Below are positions 17,328 to 26,678 of a stretch of DNA of 47,320 bases, piece after piece. This DNA is from an uncultured Gammaproteobacteria bacterium (lineage in GTDB: Bacteria; Pseudomonadota; Gammaproteobacteria; UBA6002): the NCBI GenBank assembly GCA_963705725.1, contig CAVPKM010000005.1, forward strand, positions 1 through 47,320, written 5' to 3'. Numbering within the stretch: the stretch's first letter is position 1; each line of letters starts with the position of its first letter. The notes below the pieces were generated by a model. It was not told where the DNA came from. It worked only from the letters and a program-made list of their open reading frames with translations, and searched no databases. The position numbers were made by a program, and so were the translations under genes.

Positions 17328-19799
17328 TTGCTAAATAATAAGATACTAGCCTTAATACTTTTGGGGATAAGTCTTGCAAATCAGGGGCTATACGCCCTTC
17401 CCCGCTTACAGCCTGGTTTACCTTCCACTGAAATTGCAGAGCTATTAGGCTGGAAGCCTACCCACAGCAATATTTGCGGTGGCTATTATTGCGAGCCAGA
17501 TATTATTCTTGCCTGCTCTCATCCTCTAGATTTAGATTCTGCTCCAACCACCATCACCGCTGATCACACCGTGGCTTTTTCTACCATCGGCACATCGAAG
17601 CTTGAAGGCAACGTGGTAGTGACGCAACCCGGCAGAAAAATGACAGCGGATAAAGCGTTATTATTTCGTGACCCTGCCTTACATGAAATCAGTCAAATTT
17701 TACTACTTGGTAATGTTCATTATTATGAACCCGGTAAACATATCGTGTCACAGCAGGTTTTCGTCGATTTAAAAAATAGATACGTCCAAGTGAAAGAGGC
17801 TTATTATCGATTAGTCCGGCCCCATCACAATCAGCCACTTAATGCCTGGGGCAGCGCTGAAACTTTTGTTCGACAATCAAAACATGAAATTTGCCTGACC
17901 CGGGCAAGCTACACCACTTGCCCGCCTATCAATCCCACTTGGCGAGTGGTGGCAAATAAAATTCATATTGACCGCGAAGCTGGCTGGGCAAATGCTATTA
18001 ATGCTTTTTTATTGTTGCACGAATGGCCGATTTTATGGGTTCCCTATTTCTCGTTTCCCATTGATAAAAAAAGAAAAACGGGTTTTTTATTCCCCACTTT
18101 TAGTTATTCTAACACCAATGGTCTTAATTTTAGTATTCCGTATTATTTTAATTTGGCACCTAACTATGACCTGACTTTAATACCCAATTATATCTACCGC
18201 CGCGGGATTCAACTTGAATCACATTTCAGATATCTGACCTGCAACAGCACGGGCTGCTTAAGCGTTGAGTTCATCCCCTATGATAAATTATTTGCTGATT
18301 TTAGAAAAACCGCGCCAGCTGTCTATGGCGTTAATTTAACCACACTACCTTTTTTAGATCGCATTAAAGATTCAAGTAATGGCAGAGGCTGGCTTTCTTT
18401 TTTTGATAGCACCACTTTCAATGATCATTGGTGGGGCAATGTTAGTATTAATTACGTGACGGATGATTACTATTTACAGGATTATGCCTACAACCCTTTT
18501 CGAAGCAGCATTGACCAATTATTAAACCAGCTTGAAATTAATTATGCTTCTGATAATTGGCGCTTTCTTGGTCGACTACAAACCTACCAAACGCTCCATC
18601 CGATCAATCAACAGCCAGTGCTTGATCTTTATTCAAAATTACCCCAGCTGTCCTTGGTTAGCGATTATAGAGAAATCCCCTTCCATTTCAATTATCAGCT
18701 GGATAGTGAACTCGTCAATTTTGTTAAACCCAGCGACTACATCACTGGACAAACATTTATGGGTTGCACTCGAATTCATTTAGCACCGAGTATCGATTTT
18801 CCTATTATTTTTCCAGCTAGCTTCTTTATCCCAAGGCTAGCGCTTGATACTACTTTCTATAACTTAAATCATACAAACAAACAGCCGACTCAAAATAGTC
18901 GCATTCTTCCTGTTTTTGATATCGATACTGGCTTGTATTTTGAGCGCGATGCGGCATGTTACAAGCAAACTTTAGAGCCACGATTATTTTATCTTTTTGT
19001 ACCAGAAGATAATCAAAACCACTTGCCATTATTTGATACCACGTTGCCTCCTTTCAGTTTTAGCCAACTGTTTCGCACAAATCGCTTTGTTGGCTATGAT
19101 CGACTAGGAGATGCTAACCAAATTTCTTTTGCACTAACCTCACGATTTTTGAATCGTTGCACCGGCGAACAAAAGTTACGTGCCAGCATTGGTCAAACCC
19201 TGTATCTCAAGCCGCCTGAAGTTTGTTTAACCAACAACTTTCATCATGATTATTATGCGCACAAAAGCCTTTCTCCCTTGGTGGCCGAAGTGAATTATTT
19301 TTTTAATACCCCTTGGGAGATGGTCATTGGTGCTGGATTCGATCCCATCGACCAAGGATTAAATACCACCTCTTTACAATTTCACTATCGTCCTGATTGT
19401 AAACATATTTTTAATATTGGTTATGATTTTGTACGAAAAGGAGATACACTGAGGACTTACGCATTAAATAGTAGTAATAATAATTTAAATCGTATTAATT
19501 TAGCGACCGCCTGGCAGCTCAATGATCATTGGCAAGCTGTGGGCAACTTTAATTACAATCTAAGCCATGGCCACCCTGAAGCTTATTTTTATGGTCTGCA
19601 ATACGATAGTTGTTGCTACGCATTACGATTTGTTGCAAGCCGCATCATTACCGCTGAAAATAGTAATGGTACTGGCACTTTTCAAACCAATATTTATATT
19701 CAATTGCAATTAAAAGGCTTGGGTAATATCGGCAATAGTGATCCTGGCGGCCTACTAGCAAGCAGTATTATTGGCTATCGTGATACTTTTAAGGATTAA
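17328..19799 (+). CDS. lptD: LPS-assembly outer-membrane protein LptD
   Basis: YTTCPP, RKTGFLFP, PYYFNLAPNYD, QTLEPRLFYL, DRLGDANQ, YDSCC and LQLKGLG. TTG start at 17328 is preferred because the track start lies inside a repeat. Confidence 0.95.
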   Translation: MLNNKILALILLGISLANQGLYALPRLQPGLPSTEIAELLGWKPTHSNICGGYYCEPDIILACSHPLDLDSAPTTITADHTVAFSTIGTSKLEGNVVVTQPGRKMTADKALLFRDPALHEISQILLLGNVHYYEPGKHIVSQQVFVDLKNRYVQVKEAYYRLVRPHHNQPLNAWGSAETFVRQSKHEICLTRASYTTCPPINPTWRVVANKIHIDREAGWANAINAFLLLHEWPILWVPYFSFPIDKKRKTGFLFPTFSYSNTNGLNFSIPYYFNLAPNYDLTLIPNYIYRRGIQLESHFRYLTCNSTGCLSVEFIPYDKLFADFRKTAPAVYGVNLTTLPFLDRIKDSSNGRGWLSFFDSTTFNDHWWGNVSINYVTDDYYLQDYAYNPFRSSIDQLLNQLEINYASDNWRFLGRLQTYQTLHPINQQPVLDLYSKLPQLSLVSDYREIPFHFNYQLDSELVNFVKPSDYITGQTFMGCTRIHLAPSIDFPIIFPASFFIPRLALDTTFYNLNHTNKQPTQNSRILPVFDIDTGLYFERDAACYKQTLEPRLFYLFVPEDNQNHLPLFDTTLPPFSFSQLFRTNRFVGYDRLGDANQISFALTSRFLNRCTGEQKLRASIGQTLYLKPPEVCLTNNFHHDYYAHKSLSPLVAEVNYFFNTPWEMVIGAGFDPIDQGLNTTSLQFHYRPDCKHIFNIGYDFVRKGDTLRTYALNSSNNNLNRINLATAWQLNDHWQAVGNFNYNLSHGHPEAYFYGLQYDSCCYALRFVASRIITAENSNGTGTFQTNIYIQLQLKGLGNIGNSDPGGLLASSIIGYRDTFKD

Positions 19800-19802
19800 A
19801 CA

Positions 19803-20762
19803 ATGAAAAAAAAATTATTTCTATTCATCACCTTGTTTTCAATTTTCTCCAGCCATACTCTTGCTCAAGCCCCTGGAAATAAAGGAAATTATATTAAATT
19901 AGATAGAATCATTGCCATTGTTAACCAAGAACCCATTACCTCATCTGAATTCGACAAAGAGTTAGACAAATATGCACAACAATTGGAACATCTCAACCAA
20001 CCCTTGCCTGCAAGAGCTGAACTGAGAAAAATTGCACTGGATAATTTAATTTCGAAAAATCTACAGTTACAGCTTTGCAAAAAAAATAATATCAAGATAT
20101 CAGATAATGACATCAATCAAGCCATGACAAATATTGCTATAGCGAATAAGCTTTCTGTCGCCCAGTTAAAACAAGCCATTTCACAAACTGGACTGACGGA
20201 GAGCCAATATAAAGAGCAGTTAAGGGAACAATTAACCTTACAAAAATTACAGCAAGAACAAATCAGTAAAACTGTCTCCCTCACTCCAGAAGATGTGAAA
20301 GAATTTTTAAAAGCAAACCAAAATAAATTGAATCAATATAGCACCTATCATGTAATAGATATTCTTTTTCCAGCTAACGAAAAATCCACCGCCATCATGA
20401 TTGCAGAAAACAAAAAAAATGCAGAAATATTTTCGGCTCAATATCGAAAAAGTCAGGATGTCGATGCGCTATTAACTCGCTACCCGGGAGCTGAAAAAAA
20501 TGATTTAGGCTGGCGATCCTTAGCCGAATTTCCTGCTTTATTTCAATCCAACATTGCGATGATGAAACTTAATGAAGTGAGCGCGCCTATTCAAGCGCCC
20601 AACGGCTTTCATTTATTAAAAATCACTGAAGTCAGAGGGGATGTGATCAAGCCTACTGAAAAAGAACTAAAAAATCTTGCTTTTCAACAAAAAGCTCAAA
20701 ATGCAATCAAAGAATGGTTACAAAATCTAAGAAAAGAAGCCTATATCAAAATAATAAATTAA
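19803..20762 (+). CDS. surA: Chaperone/PPIase SurA (short, single parvulin domain)
   Basis: Signal peptide, LDRIIAIVN, DLGW, NGFHLLK and WLQNLRKEAYIK; follows lptD. Confidence 0.88.
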   Translation: MKKKLFLFITLFSIFSSHTLAQAPGNKGNYIKLDRIIAIVNQEPITSSEFDKELDKYAQQLEHLNQPLPARAELRKIALDNLISKNLQLQLCKKNNIKISDNDINQAMTNIAIANKLSVAQLKQAISQTGLTESQYKEQLREQLTLQKLQQEQISKTVSLTPEDVKEFLKANQNKLNQYSTYHVIDILFPANEKSTAIMIAENKKNAEIFSAQYRKSQDVDALLTRYPGAEKNDLGWRSLAEFPALFQSNIAMMKLNEVSAPIQAPNGFHLLKITEVRGDVIKPTEKELKNLAFQQKAQNAIKEWLQNLRKEAYIKIIN

Positions 20763-20775
20763 GGATAAGCTTTTT

Positions 20776-21561
20776 TTGAACCACCTACCAAAAAAAAAAT
20801 TTGGTCAAAATTTTTTAATTGATCAAACAATTATCCAGCAAATCATTGATTTAATCGCGCCGAAATCAAATGATCATTTAATTGAAATTGGTCCTGGGCT
20901 TGGGGCAATCACCTTCCCCCTCCTAGCGCTTGTCCAGCGTATCGATGCAATTGAGCTGGATCGAGATGTGATTCCCTTACTAAAAAAAAATGCAAACAAT
21001 TCGCCAAAGTTAATTATTCATGAGCAAGATGCCTTAAATCTTGCGCTAAGCGAATTTACCAATCAAAAACATATGCTGCGAATTGTTGGCAATTTACCCT
21101 ACAATATTTCTACCCCTCTGCTATTTCACTTACTTAGCCAGACAACTTTCATTATGGATATGCATTTTATGCTACAAAAAGAAGTAGGAGAGCGCCTAGC
21201 AGCCTGTCCTGGCTCTAAAAAATATGGCCGTTTATCTGTCATGACGCAGTATTACTGCGAAGCTGAAATGCTACTCCAAGTTCCTCCTCATGCTTTTACT
21301 CCTCCACCCAAGGTACAGTCTCAGTTTATTCGTCTGTCACCAAAGCCCCCTGAATTAATAGCTAAAAACTGGCAAACCTTTTATCGCGTAGTCAAAGAGG
21401 CTTTTTCCCAGAGACGAAAAACGTTATATAATACCCTGAAGCATCGAATAACCAAGGCGCAATTATTAGAATTGAATATTGACCCTAGCCAGCGCCCCGA
21501 AGAATTGTCCGTATCACATTTTGTCCAAATCAGTAATTTCTGTAACGATCTTAGAAACTGA
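20776..21561 (+). CDS. rsmA: 16S rRNA m6,2A dimethyltransferase
   Basis: KKFGQNFL, EIGPGLG, GNLPYNIS and AFSQRRKTL. Confidence 0.97.
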   Translation: MNHLPKKKFGQNFLIDQTIIQQIIDLIAPKSNDHLIEIGPGLGAITFPLLALVQRIDAIELDRDVIPLLKKNANNSPKLIIHEQDALNLALSEFTNQKHMLRIVGNLPYNISTPLLFHLLSQTTFIMDMHFMLQKEVGERLAACPGSKKYGRLSVMTQYYCEAEMLLQVPPHAFTPPPKVQSQFIRLSPKPPELIAKNWQTFYRVVKEAFSQRRKTLYNTLKHRITKAQLLELNIDPSQRPEELSVSHFVQISNFCNDLRN

Positions 21562-21592
21562 GAAGAGAAGCGAAAAGCAAGGAGAGCTTACC

Positions 21593-22027
21593 ATGTTAAT
21601 ATACCGACACCTCTTATTAACCACTGATTTATCTAATCAAAAAAATAAAATCGGGGAAACAGCAAGGCACATTGCCTTGAAGTCTCAAGCAAAACTATCA
21701 TTGGTTCATGTTTTAGAATATACCCCGATTGTTTATGGTGGGGGAGAATTTTCCATTCCAATTGACCTTAGCCTGGAAGAGCAGCTCAGGCACCGAGCGA
21801 CACGTGCACTTACCAACCTAGGGAAAAGTTACGATATTGCCGAAGAAGATCAATATTTACTTAGCGGTTCTGTTAAGAAGGAAATTATTCAGCTAGCCAC
21901 TACCCTTCATGTGGATTTAATTGTAGTAGGAAGCCACAGTCATGGCAGCATGTCAGCACTGATTGGTTCCACAGCCAATGCTATTTTACACGCTGCCAAA
22001 TGCGATGTGCTTGCAGTTAGAGCCTGA
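21593..22027 (+). CDS. Universal stress protein
   Basis: YRHLLLTTDLS, DLIVVGSH and LIGSTANAILHAAKCDVLAVR; ATG 21593 with GGAG RBS. Confidence 0.93.
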   Translation: MLIYRHLLLTTDLSNQKNKIGETARHIALKSQAKLSLVHVLEYTPIVYGGGEFSIPIDLSLEEQLRHRATRALTNLGKSYDIAEEDQYLLSGSVKKEIIQLATTLHVDLIVVGSHSHGSMSALIGSTANAILHAAKCDVLAVRA

Positions 22028-22029
22028 TT

Positions 22030-22461
22030 TTATAATTCAAAAGTAGAATCATAATCATAAGAATTCTCTGGCAATTCCATTACCTCAGGGTTTTTACCTA
22101 TTATTTTCGCAAAAATAAATGGAAGTATGCCACCATGAGTAGAGAAACTCGTGACTGTTGTTACTGAGTTTGCCAGTTCATCTGATGCAGTTAAAGATGG
22201 CAATCCACACTGATCTAATAACACAGCAAGAATTAAACCCATTGCAAATCCTAGCGACGAACCAGTAAGAAGAAAAGGAGCAGGCTTGGTAGAATTATCA
22301 TCTTTCCAATCATTAAAAAACAAGCCAGTAGCCAATAACAAACCAACCGTTGCTGCAACAGTGGCTGTACAAAAATAGCCTTTAATAGAATTGGAATTTA
22401 CAGTACACCTAAATTGGGAATTTGGACGAGTTAAAGAAGTACTTTCGTCGTAACTTTGCAT
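22030..22461 (-). CDS. Hypothetical membrane protein (2-3 hydrophobic segments, acidic C-terminus)
   Basis: 143-aa ORF with GAGG RBS; no known motif. Confidence 0.7.
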   Translation of the reverse strand: MQSYDESTSLTRPNSQFRCTVNSNSIKGYFCTATVAATVGLLLATGLFFNDWKDDNSTKPAPFLLTGSSLGFAMGLILAVLLDQCGLPSLTASDELANSVTTVTSFSTHGGILPFIFAKIIGKNPEVMELPENSYDYDSTFEL

Positions 22462-22616
22462 GCTTGCCTCTCAATCTGAATTTATATTAATAACTAGGGA
22501 ACTATTATTTAATATTGATATTTTAAATGCAAGCAATTTGCTATTTTTTGTTAAATTAAAATTTTTTTATGACGAGAGGTTAAATAAAGAGTAAATTCAT
22601 TCACCAAGGATATAGA

Positions 22617-23801
22617 TTACTCAGCGAACAAATCTTGCAAGCCTTTGCGGTAAAAATAAAGCGCCTTTTCATCCTCTCCGAGTTTTTCATGCACCAAACC
22701 GAGAGCTGAATAAGCTTTGGGACAAGCAGCTAAGTTTAAGCTTTTCTCAAGATAATCTTTTGCCTGCCCCCACAAACGATTTCGCATGCAAAGCAGACCC
22801 ATCGCTCTTAGGGAGACAGCATCTTCCTGATGGTTCTTAAGATATTTTTCGCCTAATGCAACCTGTTTAACAGGATTTGAGGCTCCGAGGGTTGCATAAT
22901 ATTCCATCAGGCGAGCGTTATCATTCTTTTTTAAGGCTTTCCGAACTAATCCTTCCGCCTCTTGCTCGCGATTCCAGCGCACAAGATGAACGGCATAAGC
23001 AATCAATATATTGACATCTTTTTTTAAATAAGCAGGCACCCCATTCCATATTCGCTGAATTTCTGAAAAATCACCAAAAAGACGATCACTCAAAGCATGC
23101 AAATATGTCTCGCGCTCGATTTCTAAAAAAGCATTCCTGTCAAATACATTAAATTTCTTTAACTCTGTTAAAATTTTTTGTAAATGCTGCCACTCTCCTA
23201 ACTCAATATAACAAAGCGCTTGCAGCTTAATGATTTGCGGATCTTTAGGCCTTTCTGCTTTTAGTTTAATCACCTTGGTCAACGCAGATTCGACTTGTTT
23301 ATCTTCCAGCAAAAATTTTGCATGTCTGGTTTCTGCCAAATAACTTTCTTTTTTATTTTGCTGCTTGGCTAACGCAAGATAATGATCTCTTTTTTTAGTA
23401 GATATTTTTTGAATCTGAGCAATCTTCGCTGCCATCATATAATTCACAAAAGCAAGATTTTTATTCTTTGCACTTTTAGTCAGTTTTTTTTCAGCAAGTC
23501 GATAGTTCCCCTTTAAAAAATTCACATAGCCTTTATTTAACAATCGAATGGCTTTATGCGTGGAATGGACCTGCCACCAGGCATTAATATGTGCTGGAAA
23601 TCGAACTATTCCCTTAATTAAATAAAATAGAATCGACAAAATAAAAAATACAAGCATCAACACCAAGATAAGAAACCACATAGTGGTTTCAACTGCCCAT
23701 TGTTGATAATAAATGAGCATATATCCCGGATTTTGGTAAATTTTAATCCCGAGCCAAATTGAAGCGATTAAGATTAAAAAATAAAATATCAATCGTTTCA
23801 T
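22617..23801 (-). CDS. hemY: HemY-like TPR membrane protein
   Basis: NPGYMLI...WAVETT N-terminus, TPR-like LWGQAKDYLE; follows hemX. Confidence 0.88.
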   Translation of the reverse strand: MKRLIFYFLILIASIWLGIKIYQNPGYMLIYYQQWAVETTMWFLILVLMLVFFILSILFYLIKGIVRFPAHINAWWQVHSTHKAIRLLNKGYVNFLKGNYRLAEKKLTKSAKNKNLAFVNYMMAAKIAQIQKISTKKRDHYLALAKQQNKKESYLAETRHAKFLLEDKQVESALTKVIKLKAERPKDPQIIKLQALCYIELGEWQHLQKILTELKKFNVFDRNAFLEIERETYLHALSDRLFGDFSEIQRIWNGVPAYLKKDVNILIAYAVHLVRWNREQEAEGLVRKALKKNDNARLMEYYATLGASNPVKQVALGEKYLKNHQEDAVSLRAMGLLCMRNRLWGQAKDYLEKSLNLAACPKAYSALGLVHEKLGEDEKALYFYRKGLQDLFAE

Positions 23802-24919
23802 GAAGGCAATGCCTGTGGCGAAGAGGCTGAAGGAAAAGCTCCACCCACTGGAATTTGATTTGGAGGCTTTGTCTGAGGCACCCCGCTAGAAGCTGGCTGG
23901 CTAATCGCAGATTTTGTTATGGTGTTATCCTCATTGGAATGCGCCACAATTTGATTTTGAATAAAAGCTCGCAGTAAATTGATGATATTCGACAAATCCG
24001 GCAAAGTTGACTCGAGATTGATACGCTGTAACTCGGTAATTTTCTGCAACATTTGAACACCCGCCTGACTTTTCGCATAATGCACTTCTATTTGTCTTTT
24101 AGCTTGTTGCAAGCTTTGTTGATAGAGCGCATTGTTTTTATGCAAGATTGCCCACTCTGCTTTTGTTAACTGAAATTGAATATTTTCAATTAAATAAAAC
24201 TGTTGCTCGGCAGAGGGTAGCGGAACAACAGGTTCTTTCAATCGGCGAATTGAAACGATCCCCTTCAAACTGTGAAGGGTAGCGAGTAGCTTTTGCTTCC
24301 AGCCCGCTAATTGCGTGGTGGGTTTTATTTGGCTTGAAGGGATGGATACAGGGAACATAGGAAGCATGGCGGCTTGATCACTCAGGGAAGATAATTCCTT
24401 GAGGAGTAAGGTAATATTAGGGCTGCTTTCTCTCATGTTTTTCAGTTGATTATTTATGCTGTCCTTTGCAGAATTTAAATTTGAATCTTTCAACTGTTCA
24501 ATTCTTTGACCTGCTTCGAAAATTAAACGACTAACCAACTCAAGATTGTCTCCAAATAACCCGTGATATTGAGCAAGAGTCAATAAAAATTCCGCTTCCT
24601 CAGCAGGCAATATTGCAGAGATTTTTTCTTCTCTTTGATTTTGTACAATAATTTCCTGTATTGCTTTTTTCTGTTCGTTTTGATCAGCATAAATTTTATT
24701 AACTGTAGCGCTAAGCAGCAATTCTCCTTGCCTTGATCTTGCTAAAGACTGCGCATTCTCTTTTTGATATAGCTGATAGAAATAAACTAAGGCAGCTAAA
24801 GAAAAAATCGCAATTAATAAAGCAATTAGAGCGAGCAGCAAACTGAGTGACCATTTTTTTTGAGGTCCAGGTAACAAGACCGGTGTCGACTGAATTTCTT
24901 CTTCATTGGATTCTTGCAT
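23798..24919 (-). CDS. hemX: HemX family protein
   Basis: N-terminal TM, EAEFLL.LA, IVSIRR and YLIENIQFQL..AEWAIL....LYQQSL. Confidence 0.82.
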   Translation of the reverse strand: MQESNEEEIQSTPVLLPGPQKKWSLSLLLALIALLIAIFSLAALVYFYQLYQKENAQSLARSRQGELLLSATVNKIYADQNEQKKAIQEIIVQNQREEKISAILPAEEAEFLLTLAQYHGLFGDNLELVSRLIFEAGQRIEQLKDSNLNSAKDSINNQLKNMRESSPNITLLLKELSSLSDQAAMLPMFPVSIPSSQIKPTTQLAGWKQKLLATLHSLKGIVSIRRLKEPVVPLPSAEQQFYLIENIQFQLTKAEWAILHKNNALYQQSLQQAKRQIEVHYAKSQAGVQMLQKITELQRINLESTLPDLSNIINLLRAFIQNQIVAHSNEDNTITKSAISQPASSGVPQTKPPNQIPVGGAFPSASSPQALPS

Positions 24920-24932
24920 ACGCTTCCTTTGA

Positions 24933-25742
24933 TCAAGCTGACGGGGTGATGGTTTGAGCCTTATCAATAGCATACCATTTAATTAACTGCGCTAAAATAG
25001 TCTGATCAGCTCCATTCTCTGCCATAATGATTTGGTTCGATGACCACCCCTTTTCAAGTATGAAATTTTTAATACGTTCACTAATCACGAGGATAAACTC
25101 CCTCGTTAGCCATGAATCGACAAGGTGTCGCTTGCTCATCTCGAATAGGGCATCAAAACCCTCGCAGCTGGTCACAATAGTCACACTATTTTTTATAGAC
25201 GCAACTTGATGCAAAAAAAGCGCATCTCCAAAAGCTTTCTTGCGTCGATATACAGCTAATTTTGTAACTTTTGCACCCGCTATTTTCAATTCATTTTCAA
25301 GATAATTTCTTCCGCCCTCTCCAGATAGAATTAAAAATTTTTTACCCGCTAAGGGCTCGCGTTTTAATAGCATCAGCAAATGCTCGCTATCATATTTAAG
25401 CGGCATATCAACTGTTTTTATTTGATAACTGGTTAAACACTTAGCGGTTGCCGCACCAATAGCGATAATGCGCTGATTAGCATTAGCGTGTGATGTCATA
25501 AAGGGTGCAAAACTTTTCACTGCATTTTGGCTTAAGAAAATCACCCCGTCATATTCATGGATGGTTTGTAGAATGACCTGCATTTCTGGCGAATGAATAA
25601 AAGAAATTTCCAAAGCGGGAAGCAAAATCGTGGTTCCACCCTGCATCTCAACTAAATTAGCTAACTGCTGACCTTGGGCAAATGGTCTGGAAATAATGAC
25701 GGATAGGCCATCTAGCGGCTGAATTAAATTGCAACTACTCAG
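24933..25742 (-). CDS. hemD: Uroporphyrinogen-III synthase (start uncertain; CTG at 25742 proposed)
   Basis: IFLSQNAV, AIGAATA, GEGGR..L, VYRR and VTS. The conserved N-terminal LDGLSVIISRP lies upstream of the first in-frame ATG (25646). Confidence 0.88.
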   Translation of the reverse strand: MSSCNLIQPLDGLSVIISRPFAQGQQLANLVEMQGGTTILLPALEISFIHSPEMQVILQTIHEYDGVIFLSQNAVKSFAPFMTSHANANQRIIAIGAATAKCLTSYQIKTVDMPLKYDSEHLLMLLKREPLAGKKFLILSGEGGRNYLENELKIAGAKVTKLAVYRRKKAFGDALFLHQVASIKNSVTIVTSCEGFDALFEMSKRHLVDSWLTREFILVISERIKNFILEKGWSSNQIIMAENGADQTILAQLIKWYAIDKAQTITPSA

Positions 25743-26664
25743 CTTTCATCACCTTTTGTAATAATTCCAAAGCACCTTGTTTAATCAAATCTTCAAGTGC
25801 CTCTTCCGCGATATCTAATGCCTCTCTCAAAGGACCATTTTTATGGGTTCGAATGATCCTCTCTCCACATAAATCGCCTACTACCGCAGTTAAAGACAGT
25901 CGATCCTGTTTCACCACTGCATGAGCGGCAATTGGAAACTGGCAGCTTCCTCCCAGACGATAATTAATTGCCCGCTCTGCCAAAATAGCATAAGAAGTTT
26001 CTGCATCATTCAGAAAATGAACCAGTGCTTGCGTATTCTTATCTTCTATTCGACATTCAATGCCAATCGCTCCTTGCCCTGCAGCCGGCACCATTTCATC
26101 TAAATCAAAATAAGAGGTGATTTGCTCTTCTTTATCAAGACGCTTTAGTCCTGCAGCAGCCAATACGATGGCATCAAATTCTTCTTTATCTAGCTTTTCA
26201 AGTCGCGTATTAACATTTCCCCTCAAGGGTTTTACTAATAAATCGGGCCTCATTGCCAATAATTGCGTTTTTCGGCGCAAACTTGAGGTGCCAATAATTG
26301 CGCCTGCTGGTAAATCTGAGAGGGAGGAATAATGATTTGATACAAACGCATCTCTTGGGTCTTCTCGTTTACAAATGACAGCCAATGTCAAACCTTCAGG
26401 CAAGAGAGCAGGCATATCTTTAATTGAATGCACGGCCATATCAGCACGATGTTCAAGTAATGCAGTTTCCAGCTCTTTAACAAATAGCCCCTTTCCCCCA
26501 ATTTTATTCAATGGGGTTGTCAGCATTTTATCTGCAGTAGTCAACATGCTGAGAAGCGTTATTTCAACACCAGAATGCTGCGCTTCCAGTCGTTCTCTAA
26601 CAAAGTTTGATTGCCATAATGCTAATGGGCTTTTACGTGTTGCTATTTTAACGCTTTGCACCAT
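25735..26664 (-). CDS. hemC: Porphobilinogen deaminase
   Basis: IATRKSPLALWQ, GGKGLFVKELE, AVHSIKD, GTSSLRR and LGGSCQFPI. Confidence 0.98.
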   Translation of the reverse strand: MVQSVKIATRKSPLALWQSNFVRERLEAQHSGVEITLLSMLTTADKMLTTPLNKIGGKGLFVKELETALLEHRADMAVHSIKDMPALLPEGLTLAVICKREDPRDAFVSNHYSSLSDLPAGAIIGTSSLRRKTQLLAMRPDLLVKPLRGNVNTRLEKLDKEEFDAIVLAAAGLKRLDKEEQITSYFDLDEMVPAAGQGAIGIECRIEDKNTQALVHFLNDAETSYAILAERAINYRLGGSCQFPIAAHAVVKQDRLSLTAVVGDLCGERIIRTHKNGPLREALDIAEEALEDLIKQGALELLQKVMKAE

Positions 26665-26678
26665 GATGTCTCACAGAG

